64,000 bases of DNA from Octopus sinensis (lineage: Eukaryota). Of the stretch, positions 11,880-24,705 are shown piece after piece. Position 1 is the stretch's first letter, and every line of letters begins with the position of its first letter. The DNA is taken from NCBI RefSeq assembly GCF_006345805.1, contig NC_043001.1:25792001-25856000 (forward strand), in the 5' to 3' direction. The position numbers were made by a program, and so were the translations under genes. A model generated the notes under the pieces. It was not told where the DNA came from. It searched no databases and saw only the letters and a list, made by a program, of their open reading frames with translations.

Positions 11880-12640
11880 GAATCACTGCTGAGATGCTTA
11901 AAATATCTGGGAGTGGGATGTTGTCTAGTCACCCATATCAAGTTGTCCATGAGGGAGTCATACCTAACAATTGGTGTAGTAGCATTAAAGTCAACTGTTA
12001 AAAAGGCAAAGGTGTTGCCTCTTGTTTATCCTAGTCCTTCAGGCCATAACAGAGGAATTTAAGACAGGTGGTTCTTGAGAGTTTCTCTACCCAGAGAAGA
12101 AATTTTTAGGTGTGACAGCAAGGTCTTGAATTCAAAGAGCCTTAGAGTTAATTTAGCAAAGACCAAAGTCTTAGTAAGTAGGAAAATGGACAAATCACTG
12201 ATCTCTTCAGTGAGCCAACTCTGCTCAATATGTAGAAAAGGTGTTGGAGGAAACTCCACACAGCGTACTCAGTGCAAGCTATGGACACATAAGAGGTGCA
12301 GTGGTATCATAAGAAAGTTGAGAGAGAAAGTAGTCTTTGTATGTGGCAGACGAGCAGGTGCATTAATCACTAGGGAAGTGTACAGAAAATAGACTCTCTC
12401 AAATGTCCCGAGACTTCCTAAGAAGTAGTAGACAATTTCTGTTACTTAGGTGACCAAGTTAGCAGTGGAGGTGGAAGTTCTGAAAGTGTAACTGCTAGAA
12501 TAAAAATGGGCTGGGCAAAGTTCAGAGACCAACTACCAAAGGGCCTCTTCCTCAGAGTGAAAGGCAGGTTTTATGATGCCTGTGTACAAACAGCCATGCT
12601 ACATGGCAGTGAGACATGAGCTGTGACTGCAGAGGACATG
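11810..12640 (+). mobile_element. Degenerate RTE LINE fragment
   Basis: SSLVDKAMKDMKTRKAP, LRVNLAKTKVLVS and CSICRKGVGGNSTQRTQCKLWTHKRC peptides. Confidence 0.85.
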
Positions 12641-13215
12641 CCAAACAAAATGTGTCCTTCTCAAAGATTATGTGCTCATTAAGTACCGCTTTTCCATCAG
12701 CACTTTTTGCATGCTTACTGTTCCTCTCACAGGTCTTGTATCAGGTAACAAATAGACTGTGATGAAAGGATTTTAAAAGACTTAGAGATTACAATTGATG
12801 AATTATATAATTGATTTTTAATAAAACCGAAGTGAAACTTAAACAGGGCATGTGCTTTTATTTGCAGCATGACCCACCCAATTTACAATAACAATTTCAG
12901 TACATCATTTCCCATCAAGAATCCTGCAAAGCAATTGTGAAAATGAAGTACTCTATCTACACACACACACATACATATAATATAAGGCCTTGGTGCACCA
13001 TTATGTTCCATGCTACGGAGCTTGGTTTCTCTACGATGAGGGTGGAAACGCCCTCATCTTTTCACGTGTTGTTCATAATCTCTGTCAGGTGTCTCAGTGT
13101 GAATGAATGCAAGTTGTTTTTCTTTTTCATCATTTTTGCTTGTACGTAGTATATCATCCATACTTTCTTTCCATATAACAGAGTGGGTAACGATATTGCT
13201 CCGCATACTCAGCAC

Positions 13216-13267
<52 letters not shown>

Positions 13268-14642
13268 TAATTCATACATGGTTGTACAGTATATTACTGG
13301 TTATGGCATATGACTGGTCAGAATGTTGCCGTCGTTTTCGCACCGAGTATTATACTTGAGCAATATTGACTACTCTTCAGACATTACAGGCCATAAGACG
13401 TTATAACCAGTAACATACTGCTGATTGATAATATACAAAAATATATTTAAAAAATGTAACCACTCTATTACACATATTGAGAATGTTCCTTCCCCCACCC
13501 CTTCTGACTTATGGACAGCTAACTGATAACATAGATATATAACGTACGCACACATACACACTAGTACAATAGCATCTGGAGTCGTAGCTTGTGATGACTA
13601 TACAAATTGTAGCATACAGATAAATTTATTTATAAGTATTATGATATAGTTTAACGTAATCCTGATAGATAAACGGAATTTTTGCAATATCTCAACGAAA
13701 TGGAAATATTAAAATCCGGTTAAGTTCCAGCAAAATATGCTTGTAAATTATCTACACCCCTTCAGAAACTGCGTCAATACAAACACAAGCATTACGATAT
13801 TGATAAGAAACGTAAGAAAACTCTGTGGATTAAATGCATGAAAGAAACTTATCTTGAATTGATAATTAGGTTAAAACATTTTTAAAACGCGAACTACTGA
13901 AAAAACTATAAATAACAAAAAACTATATCAACGATAACGTCGAAGCCTCTCTGTGGTCGCTTTTGACCTATTAGAAATAGCAGCCAAATCATCCACAAAT
14001 TACTATAATATCAATCATGAATAAAGCAATGACATATCAGATAAAGTGGTTTGATCCATCTCTAAAAAAGATGGGATGATCAAGGTTAGAATTCCTCTAA
14101 TCAAAGGGTCGCTCGTTAGTACTTGGCCGAGGGCTAAACACCAGCTAACACTGCCTCTATTATGTTATACATTGAATGTGTGTGCGTAATTTATATTATA
14201 TATACACACATACACAATATAATATGCTTATTTGATAGAAATTATATATTTACCATCTAATATTTTAGATTTTAAATCCATTGCAATCAGTAGAGCGTAT
14301 TAGAAAAACATTATAATGTAAACACTGTCTGCTACTGAAGGCATTCTGTTTTTAAGGAATTTCTTTTAATTTCTCTCAGAAATAATGATAATAAATATTT
14401 GCAATAAATACGGTTTATTTTTTCACCTACCAATTTTTATTTTTTCAGTTGAAAATATTGATAAGATATGAATAAATTATTCGCCCAAATCATAAACATC
14501 GATATGAAAAACCGTTGTGGGGTTGTTTATTTGGGAAAAATTAATGCGGAAAAAAAAATAACCTATTTAAAGTTAAAGTGAATATAAAGTAACAGTCAAA
14601 ATTACATACGAATAAATAAGGAACTTAATGTGAAGAATTTAC

Positions 14643-14744
14643 CTGTTCGTCAGACTGAAGTCTTGAGGGGAACAATGTTCTTGAAGCGTAGATAAAACAG
14701 TGTTTTTCGAAAATGTACTTTGCCACTAGTCCCAAGTAGGACAT
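14643..14744 (-). CDS. Candidate first coding exon of an unidentified gene
   Basis: ATG to CAG|GTAAAT donor, 34 codons MSYLGLVAKYIFEKHCFIYASRTLFPSRLQSDEQ, in non-repeat DNA below a YY1-like motif; no compatible downstream exon found. Confidence 0.25.
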
Positions 14745-14994
14745 TACGTCTGCTACCTTTTCTGGAACTCTTTAGCATAAGAAGTTAGAAATCCAATAGA
14801 TTTCTTCCCTGGTCAGACTACAACAACAGCAATAGCTTGCAAAATATGTATATTCCTACAAATGTCTGCGATCAAATCGTTTACGTTTAAAATTTACGTA
14901 TAGTCTATTTCTTGTTGCTGTGTATCCTGATACCTCTTATCACATCTTACACACACTCATACAACTGCACACTCCAAAGGGTAGTAGTGTAATT

Positions 14995-15085
14995 TCGCAC
15001 GTAGAGCGCCATTTTGAATGTTTTTAATTTCCTTTTCTAATGTTTTTCGTTTCGGCATTTTAGTGTTTCCGTGACGTAACTTGTA
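14995..15085. promoter_or_regulatory. Candidate promoter motifs (YY1-like CGCCATTTT, CRE-like GTGACGTAA)
   Basis: GCGCCATTTTG at ~15006-15016 and GTGACGTAA at ~15070-15078 in a locally CpG-richer unique stretch. Confidence 0.3.
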
Positions 15086-15710
15086 TGTTCCCCATCAGAA
15101 TTAAATGTTGATCCCACAAGAATTTACAAGCAACCTGCTGTTGAGAAAGCATACAATTTCAGTTTTTTTTTTTTTTAATTTTCCATTAATGCAATAGATT
15201 TTTATATTACATTCATAAATCTCTTCTTTTAAAAAATTAATTGCAAATCGATTAATAATAAATAACAATATGAATTGCTACGCTGGTAAATCCTAACTTA
15301 CGATTAAGAGGTGTGTTCTTATTAGTTCTAGCATTAGAATTAGCATTAACGGTTTTCAGTTTAGAAAAAAATATCGATTATTAATCAGTAATTTTAAAGG
15401 GATAGGCTTGGTCGATACCATCGATCTCGGTACTCGACTGATACTTTATTTTATCGATTTCGCAAGGACGAATGGAAGAGTAGACCTCGACGGAATTTGA
15501 ACTTAGAACGTAAAGAACCGTAACTAAATACTACAATGTAAAAAAATAAAAAATAAAAATAACTTGCAGAAAGTAATTTCTGACGTTGCATCCCTTCAAC
15601 ATTTAATCATCATGCCCCTCACAAATGCTAGGCTAAAAATTTATACCCAAGATTTAAGGTTCTCATAAACAGGAACTTTTTATGGGGGAGAAAGGCTCTA
15701 CTCAGAACGT

Positions 15711-17238
15711 GAGGTTGAACGGAGTTGTCATTTGTAGGGTGGAGTTATTGTTTGTCGTTGGGAAGTTTGTGATGGTGTTCATTTGAACACTTGTGAGCTG
15801 GTTTTTTGCTGCCTTAAGGCGGCTTGTTGCCAGTGATGTTGTGCGGGGATTGCAGCTCTTCGGGGCTGTCTTCGTCGAAGGAGGATCTCGTGAGGGCGGT
15901 GGAGAAGGTTGATGGAGGGGTGAACGGTGGGAGGGGTTGTTCAGGAGTTGCGGAGGTGGAGAGCAGGGAGGTAGGTTTGGCAAGGTTGGAAAGTTGTGGG
16001 AGGGTGTTATGCGGAGGTGGGGGACGATGTGGGATTGTCGTCGCCTCAGGATGTCATGGGGTGAATGCGGGAGAGGGCATTTGTTGGTAGGGTGTATTCG
16101 GTTGAGGAGGGAGGGATTGGGGTGGTGTCGACGAGCGGAATGAGGTAGGGGTGGGGCTGAAACCGGTCTGGCGCGATGTTATGTTTCTTGTTGGGGGGGG
16201 GGGCAATTCGGCGCGGTGGAAGTTCTCCACGGAGAGGCGGCCAGAGCAGAGCAGTGCACGGCGGTCCCGCTGGGAGCGAAGGGTATGGTGCTTCTGCCTT
16301 CGTGCCAGGGTGGGGTGGGTGGAAGGGGTTCCGCCCGAGGTCGTCGTGGCCTGAATGGCGGCTGCTGTACTCCTGGGTAACGGGGATGAAGTAGCGGTCC
16401 TCTGGGCCGCAAGCCGTAGGTTGGAGGAGCCAAACTTAGGATTTGGAAATGCGGGGATCAGTGGAAGGCCTGTAGGGCATGGTGGAAACGGTGACAGTAG
16501 GAAGTGCGGTGTTGGAAGTCGGGGTGGAGGGCGGAATCCCACGATGCTTTGAGTGTGGCCTGAGGGGCCACATCGGATCGGACTACTCTTCACCAGCCGA
16601 GAGGAGCCGGTGGGAGCGGAAAGGGACTTACCGGCAGGGGAGCAAAAAGCAGGGAGGAGGAAGAGGGCGGGTTATACAGATTTGAACCACCGACCCGCCC
16701 ACGCCCTCTCAATCCCGCCGTCTTCCCCTCCGACACAGGAGCAAGAAGAGGGGGGCGCAGCACACAGGAGCCCCCAAACAAAATGTACAGTATGACGATG
16801 CTAATGAGGATTTGTACAGTGAAGTAATAACTTGGGAAGATCCTAAAAAAGTAGAAACAAGGGGATTCGATAACATTAAGGGTTGGCACGGTTGCATGTT
16901 GCTTTCAGAGGAACAAAAAAAGAACGTCACAAAATACAAAGGTGGATATCGGATGTGGGAAGTGGAGATGGATAGAAATATGTTGCCATCCTTTGTAACT
17001 TATGACAACCTGTTAAAGAATCATGGGATAGATATTTTGGAGGGATCAAGTTTCAAAAGGAATTTAAAGGTAGAAATGAAGTTTCTCGGAGGTGGGGGCC
17101 GAATGGCTTCGTTGCATCTCTTTCGTTTTCAATGTCATTTCCTGCTCTCATACATTGCCTTGTTCTTTTTTTTTTTCTTGTTTTGTGCCCCCACGTGTTG
17201 TCCCATCTGTGTTAGCCCCTAATGGGCAATAAAAAATC
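15711..17238 (+). mobile_element. TSD-flanked non-LTR retroelement carrying only a decayed Gag/ORF1-like frame with a CCHC knuckle
   Basis: 19-bp TSD AAGGCTCTACTC(A/T)GAACGT at 15692-15710 and 17239-17257; GVPPEV...VTVGSAVLEVGVEGGIPRCFECGLRGHIGSDY (16545-16586); T-rich 3' UTR and AATAAA end; no RT. Confidence 0.75.
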
Positions 17239-17457
17239 AAGGCTCTACTCTGAACGTCACTGAATATGATACCCGTATCGAAACCCTCTCAACTAACCCA
17301 CCACACAACACCCTTGCTGTTTTCACCATTCAAACCCATATTTAAACCCTCGGCTCAGTCTACACTACTCTCAGGGAACCGTTATGTGGTAACTTGAAAT
17401 TCTACAAATAGTAGTCAAAGTATCTATAAAACGACGGATGGCCACAGTTGGAACGCC

Positions 17458-17800
17458 TGGATCTTTTCGGTTTGAACGGCAATTTTTTAACATAATTTCT
17501 AGGTAACTAAAAAATTTTAAACTTTGTATACTGGTAGAATGTGTTTATAAAACGTCTTTTTCTCTTGGCTTTATTGAGAAAATTCTATAGTTTGTAAGAT
17601 ATTTTTACTTCAATAGACGTCATTGATTGGTTGAAATTGAAGAAAAAAACAACAAATATCTTACAAACTATAGAATTTTCTCAATAAAGCCAAGAGAAAA
17701 AGATGTTTTATAAACACATTCTTCCAGTATACGAAGTTTAAAAGTGTTTAGTTACGTGGAAATTATTTAAAAAAACTGCCGTTGAAACCGAAAAGATCCA
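17458..17800. mobile_element. Palindromic MITE-like element, ~145-bp arms
   Basis: TGGATCTTTTCGGTTT...GTTTGTAAGATATTT (17458-17604) versus AAATATCTTACAAAC...AAACCGAAAAGATCCA (17654-17800). Confidence 0.8.
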
Positions 17801-18902
17801 TAACATTCAGGATGGCAGTTTGGAAATATCTGAAAAGCGTTGGACAAAATATGCCTTGTGATATTTATTTATGGTCTTTTACCCATTGTGTTCTAAATTC
17901 AAATACACACGTGGTTAAGTTTGCCTACCTGCCTTCCGGGGTTAATAAAACAAAGTGCTAGTCAAGTAGAGCAAATGTAATCGAGCGTACACTCTTTTCT
18001 TAAAAGGTGTACACTTGTGTTAGTACAATAGAGGAGTGCACACAAGAACTAAAGGGAGCAGCTGAGGAACCAAATATACGACCTGGTTATTATTATTTCA
18101 TTTAACTTGCTCCCCATTCTAATAATCTGAAATCAATTGACCTAACACCTTTTAATGATTACTATAGATTAGGGAGAGTCAAGTAGGAAATATTGACATT
18201 TGATAGTAAACCCAACAGATTCATAAAAAAAAAAAAAAAATTAACAGGTGATAATGCCCTCATTACCATAGTCCAACCTGCGTGGTGAAATTGAAATTTA
18301 GGACTGTATAGCCGAAAAGAAATTACGAGGAAAAAAAAAGAAAACCAACTATCAACGCCCACCTAAATGATAAGCTGAACTTCATGTTATTACACAGCTA
18401 AAATATAAACAACACTAAAATAACTCCCAACCTTAAATGATATAAATATCGCTTTATATAAAAGGCCAAGTCACATGACCGCGTTATTTTTTGTTGGTTC
18501 TGTCACGCTTTGGGAGTGTCATTGGAAGGACATAAATCATTGTCAGAAAAAAAAATAAAACAAACAAAAGAAAACCGAAGAACTCCTTTTGAAAGAGTAC
18601 CGCATTTTAGATCAAACACAGCTTTCTCACCATTCCTCCCCCCAAAAAGCCTAATCTCTCTCTCTCTCACATTCTCATTCACTGCAATCCTACCTTCGTT
18701 CCCGGCTTTTCGGATAAGATATGCATCTACAGGATAATCTGAATTTATGCGTCCGATTTATCAATTTTCCATTGAATTAAGTTATTAGAATGTACTCTCG
18801 ATCCCAATCCTTTGACCTTATAGTCTACAAAGGAATATATCCTTTCGTTATTGTAAAAATCATTTAAATTGAACACACATTTTGGTGAGAGAAAGCGATA
18901 GT

Positions 18903-19306
18903 TACTCTTTACTCTTTTACTTGTTTCAGTCATTTGACTGCGGCCATGTTGGAGCACCGCCTTTAGTCGAGCAAATCGACCCCGGGACTTATTCTTCGTA
19001 AGCCCAGTACTTATTCTATCGGAGTCTTTTGCCGAACCGCTAAGTGACGGGGACGTAAACACACCAGCATCGGTTGTCAAGCAATGCTAGGGAGACAGAC
19101 ACACAAACACATATACACACATACGTATATATATATACATATATACGACAGGCTTCTTTCAGTTTCCGTCTACCAAATCCACTCACAAGGCATTGGTCGG
19201 CCCGGGGATATAGCAGAAGACACATGCCCAAGATGCCACTCAGTGGGACTGAACCCGGAACCATGTGGTTGGTTAGCAAGCTACTTACCACACAGCCACT
19301 CCTGCG
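18903..19306 (-). mobile_element. SINE family A
   Basis: Reverse complement of the 4319-4713 pattern. Confidence 0.85.
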
Positions 19307-19516
19307 AAAAAGGAAACTCTAAGAATGTGATAGAAAATTGCAGGTCAAACACACCAAGTCAGAGAGAAACTACTCATTTGAAACTAGAAATTATCACAAA
19401 GCATGAGCTTATTACAACATACCTTGTCTGAATAACTTATTCTACACTCTAACACAATCTGTTGTTTTTGTAGGGCTGTATGTTACCATTTTAATAGGTT
19501 AAATATAAGCAAGAAA

Positions 19517-19716
19517 AGGGCGGCGAACTGGCAGAACCGTTAGCACGCCGGGCGAAATGCGTAGCCGTATTTCGTCTGCCGTTACGTTCTGAGTTCAAAT
19601 TCCGCCGAAGTTGACTTTGCCTTTCATCCTTTCGGGGTCGATATAATCGACTTAATCCCTTTGTCTGTCCTTGTTTGTCCCCTCTATGTTTAGCCCCTTG
19701 TGGGTAATAAAGAAAC
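19517..19716 (+). mobile_element. tRNA-derived SINE family B
   Basis: GGCGGCGA.CTGGCAGAA head, GAGTTCAAATTCC B box, GACTTTGCCTTTCATCCTTTCGGGGTCG centre, TTAGCCCCTTGTGGG.AATAAAG tail. Confidence 0.85.
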
Positions 19717-22264
19717 ATATAAGCAAGAAACCAATTCTAAGCCGTTTTGATAAGAACACACTTAGTCTCTTCTCCCTCTTTCTCACGTTTTTTCTTTCTT
19801 TATAAACTAACCTTATTTATCAAGATCCATATTCTTCATTAAAGAAATGGATATTCCCATAACTGTCTTATTGCTACACAAAAATTAGAATTGCGTAAGA
19901 TCACGAAAGTCACGTGCACCCCACTTACAGAAAGTGAATGGAAGAATTTCGTGACTCGACAACATCCTTTCCAGAGCATAATGAAAATGAAAGTATCTAC
20001 TTCATCGCAAGTATTTTTTTTACAAAATGAAACTATTGAAAAGCGAAAGTGAAAAATAGTGGACTGAAAAGTGTGGGTAGTACTACTGAAATTCTTCGGC
20101 CCCCCCTCCTTAATAATGGTCTATTCAATTTTAGACACAAGATCAGGAACTTTGAGGGAAGGATTAGTCGATAACATCGACCTCAGTACTTGACTGGTGC
20201 TATGATTTATCGACCTGGTGGTGGAGTGGAATGAAAGGCCAAGTTGTATTCGGCGAGATTTTAACACAAAACATACAGCCAGAAGAAATGGTGCAAATAA
20301 TTTTTTTCCCTCCGATGATCAAACAATTCCGCCAGCTCACCACCCTACTTTTTAAAAGAGAAAACAAAATAATTTACATCCATATAATTCTTCTTTCTTC
20401 GTCACGGTCAAGTTTAAAATCACTTTGGTTTCACTGAATACGGCCATCTGTCCACTCCTTGTTAATCCCTTTTAATCTCATCCCTGTGAGAAACACTGCA
20501 CTAAAATATCCACTGAATGTGACGTTATCATTAGTGAAGTTATATCAACTAAATATTTTAATTACAATTTTAATTAAAGTGATATCGAATACCAACAGAA
20601 GAGAGAACGATGAACAACAAATACACTTTTTGCAGAAACGTAATTACGGATCTTTTTAAATTTACTTTACGCTAATTACTTTTTCAGATAAGTAATTACT
20701 TTTCTCCAAAATTACAACCGTCTTCCTCACATTCAACTTAGTTTCTGGTTGTGGTGAGCACAGGAAACTCATTGAAGACAGATAGACACTTATGGAAGTG
20801 TACCCAAAGAATATATCGCAATAAATTGTCAATGCGAGCAGACGCATTTTTTTTAACGTTCCCACTGATCATTTCGTTTGTAAGTTGTTCTCGCCATATT
20901 CCGTCTGTTTAAACATCCCGAAAATTCATAGCTTTCTAATTGGGTGTTACGCTTACTATAAATAGAGCTTGGCGCACTCAACAAGGTTAATAACCTCCGG
21001 CGCTCTACGAGGAATGATAGCTCGAGAATTGCTTTCCTTAAGACAGATACGAGAAGGCAAAGCATAAACTCATCGTGTACAGTCAACATGAAAGTGTTGC
21101 TTGGGAACGATTAAAAGTGCCAAATACTCTCATGCTGTTTATGCTCTAAATAGTAACTATGTGGCGTGATACACTCTCGACAAGTTATTTATTAATAAGC
21201 CTCAAGGCAACTAATGAAAACCGCAAACTTTTAGATTAGTCAAGCAATAACGATAACATTATTTTGGAGACAGATGATGATGACATCAATTTCCTGCTCT
21301 AATACAAGTGAAGCAAACGATCCAGACAGACAAAAAGATTACGAAGAATGCCTGCGTATTAGAATGATTGCAACAGTTCCTTGTAATTAGCATCAATTGC
21401 TTCTTTTTGTTATATTTTGTGCAGTTAATTGCTAGGTTTTGTTATACTCGCGAATTACTTTTTGACATTTCTTCTAAATGCTCTTTTGTGCGGTGAAACT
21501 ACGTATTACAATAAACAAAGACATTTTTCATTAAAAGCTATCGTAGCTGCTAAGATATTTTCGGAAAATTAAATATTTAAAACATTACAAATGTTTAATG
21601 AAAGGGAGAAAATGTAAGACCATAGTATCCTGTGCCACATTCTTTTCTTTATTGTACTGATCTTAGCTAAGTAAGTAGCCGTAGATAGAGTTCATTTCTG
21701 GTCTTAGCTATTAAAATCAAAGCAGTGGTTTTATAGCAATTTTCAACATCCATACGTGGATGAGGAACGTAGTATCTTAAAGGGGAGCGTGGGCTAAACC
21801 ATTAATGTAACTTGAGATTTGAAGAGAGTAAAATGACGGTGCATGCAGTCGCCAATGGTAACTGCCCCAAACATGACCTGCTTCGTAATTCCTTACTGGC
21901 ACGTTATCAATTCTTGGATTAAAGTCCGAAATAACTATAGAAGAATGTAAAGTCAAATATTAGGCGATTGTAGTTTAGATTAATTTCTTATATAAGACAA
22001 ACATCCATCTTTAGAAAGAAAGGGACGTGAGAAATTTTTGACTTTAATATTTATTAAGGTCATTAAAAATGGTAAGGTATGAGGGATAAAAGCAGGCATT
22101 GGAAATAGGTTGGGAACACTTTTTTCCCTAAATTCTAAGTTGAAGGAGGCGAGGTAGGGTCTATGACTTTTGTAGGCTCTCTAAGACTGGTAAGCTTGAT
22201 GCGGTCGATGTTAAATTTGAACATATGTAGGTTAATGTTTGAAGGGGCAAACTAGACAAGAAAG

Positions 22265-23430
22265 AATTAAACAACTGGTCCTCTCCCTCGGAGTGAAAGG
22301 CAGATTGTATGATGCCTGTATGCAAACAGCTATGCTACATGGCAGTGAAACATGGGCTGTGACAGTTGAGACTGAAGCTAGTATGCTTCACTGGATGTGC
22401 AATGTCAATGTGTCATCATCAGCATCATCATTTAACATCCGTTTTCCGTGCTAGCATGGGTTGGACGGTTCGACCGGGGTCTGGGAAGCCAGGAGTCTGC
22501 ACCAGGCTCCAGTCTGATCCGGCAGTGTTTCTACAGCTGGATGCCCTTCCTAGCACCAACCACTCCATGAGTGTAGTGGGTGCTTTTTACATGCCACTGG
22601 CAGCAGCCACGATCAGCAGGTGCTTTTTACGTGCCACCGGCACGGAAGCCAGTCAAGGCGGCGCTGGCATCGGCCATGTTCAGATGGTGCTTTTTACGTG
22701 CCACCGGCGTATGTATAATAAAGTCCCAGTCTCTTGAGAGAAAGCTGGGCATAAGAGGCATCAGATGTGGTGTGCAAGAGAGACAACTGTGCTGGTATGG
22801 CCATGTGATGCATATGGATGAGGACAACTGTGAAAGGAAGTGCTGATCTCTAACTATGGAGGGAGCCTGTGGAAGAGGTAGACCCAGGAAGACATGGGAC
22901 AAGGTGGCGAAGTATGATCTTCAAATGTTGGGCCTCATAGAGGTGATGACAAGTGACCAAAACCTTTGGTGATATGCTGTGCTTGAGAAGACCTGTCAAG
23001 CCAAGTGAAATGGTAGTTATGGCTGATGAGGACAGCTGTGTAAAGAAGTGCTGATCTCTAACTGTGGGGGCAACATGTGGAGGAAGTAGATCCAAGAAGA
23101 CATGGGATGAGGTGGTGAAGCATGATCTTCAAAAGTTGGGCCTCATGGAAGCGATGACAAGTGGTTGAGACCTTTGGTGATATGCTGCACTTGAGAAGAC
23201 TTGTCAAGCTAAGTGAAATTGTTGTTGTAGCTGATGCCAGTGTTGCATAACTGGCACGTAAAAAGCACCCATTACACTCTGGTATCAGTTGGCATTAGGA
23301 AGGGCATCAAGCTGTAGAAACCATGCCAAACCAGACTGGAATTTGGTGCAGCTCTCCGGCTTACCAGTTCCAGTCAAACCATCTAACCCATGCCAGCATG
23401 GAAAGCAGACGCTAAATGATGATGATTCTC
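22265..23430 (+). mobile_element. RTE LINE 3' portion with a nested reverse RTE tail (22411-22715)
   Basis: LSLGVKGRLYDACMQTAMLHGSETWAV and LGIRGIRCGVQERQLCWYGHV peptides; ends TAAATGATGATG. Confidence 0.8.
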
Positions 23431-23861
23431 AGAATTACAGGAAGAAGAACAGAGCAAAGTATTTAATGTGGTGTCAGGAATGTGAAGTACCACAGGGATG
23501 TTGAGAGAAAGAAAGATGGGGGAGCTTTGGAAATTAGCTAATTAAGAAGATCAGAGATTTTTTTGGTGATAATTACAAAGAAGACAAAAATGTAATTGTA
23601 CATCTGTAAGCTATTGGTAAATATTTGGCAATCAGTTGAAAAGCTTTACTTTGGTTATGAACTAGGATGTGTGTGTATGTGTAGCAGCAGCAGCAGTAGC
23701 ATTACATTAGATATATGAGCAGTACACCAATGAGAATCTTAGATGAGCTTTGTTGTAGGTTAGCTGGTAATTAGGCTGAAATATATTTTCAGTTCCTGGC
23801 ATTGACAGTTGTGATTCAGACTCAGTAGTTATTATCTTCACATTATAAAACTTTTAGAGAT

Positions 23862-24180
23862 TCTGTTGTGTCTGGGGAGAGTCATTTTCTTTTTGTGCCT
23901 TATAATGTAACACACTCATCGGTAAAATTTCCACTTATTTCTTATTTTTATTTTCCTAAAATTTTCATTGTGTCTTGCAACGTTTTCAAAGAGTTAAGAC
24001 TATTGAAAAGGTTGCAAGACGCAACAAAAATTCTAGGAAAATAAAAATAAGAAATAAGTGGAAATTTTACCGGTGAGTGTGTTACATTATAAGGCACAAA
24101 AAGAAAATGACTCTCCCCAGACACAAAAGAATATGCTTCAACACATGAACTCATATAAAGAATCTTGCAAACCAAATCCA
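23862..24180. mobile_element. Fold-back family P1 element with 15-bp TSD
   Basis: Arms ~23862-23988 and ~24003-24132 plus a ~50-nt unpaired end; AAAACTTTTAGAGAT at 23847-23861 and 24181-24195. Confidence 0.85.
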
Positions 24181-24705
24181 AAAACTTTTAGAGATCTTTA
24201 GCTTTAAAAAACATATTTCCTTTGCCTGATAGGCAGAGAATCTTGTAAATTAAAATACAACTAAAGAAAACCTAATCTATGTGAAGATTACTATGGGCTA
24301 TACCCAGAGGTTTTAGCCATCCCTGTGTTTGTAAATGAATTAAATTTAGACATGGCTGAGTGGTTAAGAAGCTCACTTTGCAATCCATGTGGTTTCGGGT
24401 TCAGTCCCACTGCATGGCACTTATAACCGCAGACTGACCAATGCCTTGTGAGTGAATATCGTAAATGGAAACTGTGTGGAAGCCCCACCCCCACACACAC
24501 ATGTCTTTGTGTTTGTTTCTCTCATCACTGTCTGACAACCAGTTTAATTTGTTTAAGTCCATATAACTTAGCAGTTTGAGAAAAGAAACTGTTAGAATAA
24601 GAACTAGACTTGAAAAAAAAAAAGCATTGGCATTGATTTGTTTCAGTAAACTCTTCATGATAGCACCCCAGCATGATTGCAGTTCAATGATTGAAAAGAT
24701 GTGAA

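Noticed and set aside
11235-12930. Minus-strand acceptor/donor pairs near 11320, 12770 and 12920 as exons of the 14744 gene
   Set aside because: The phases could not be chained consistently.
12990-13220. Minus-strand frame ending VIWKES...VKR* followed by a GATGAGGG/CCCTCATC hairpin
   Set aside because: It vaguely resembles a PLE end, but there are no diagnostic residues and no hammerhead core.
15711-16140. 5' inversion (twin priming) in the Gag-only element
   Set aside because: G-rich strand bias is continuous across the element and no inversion junction is visible.
20680-21360. Non-repetitive stretch that looks like a decayed coding sequence
   Set aside because: All frames are interrupted and no motif was recognised.
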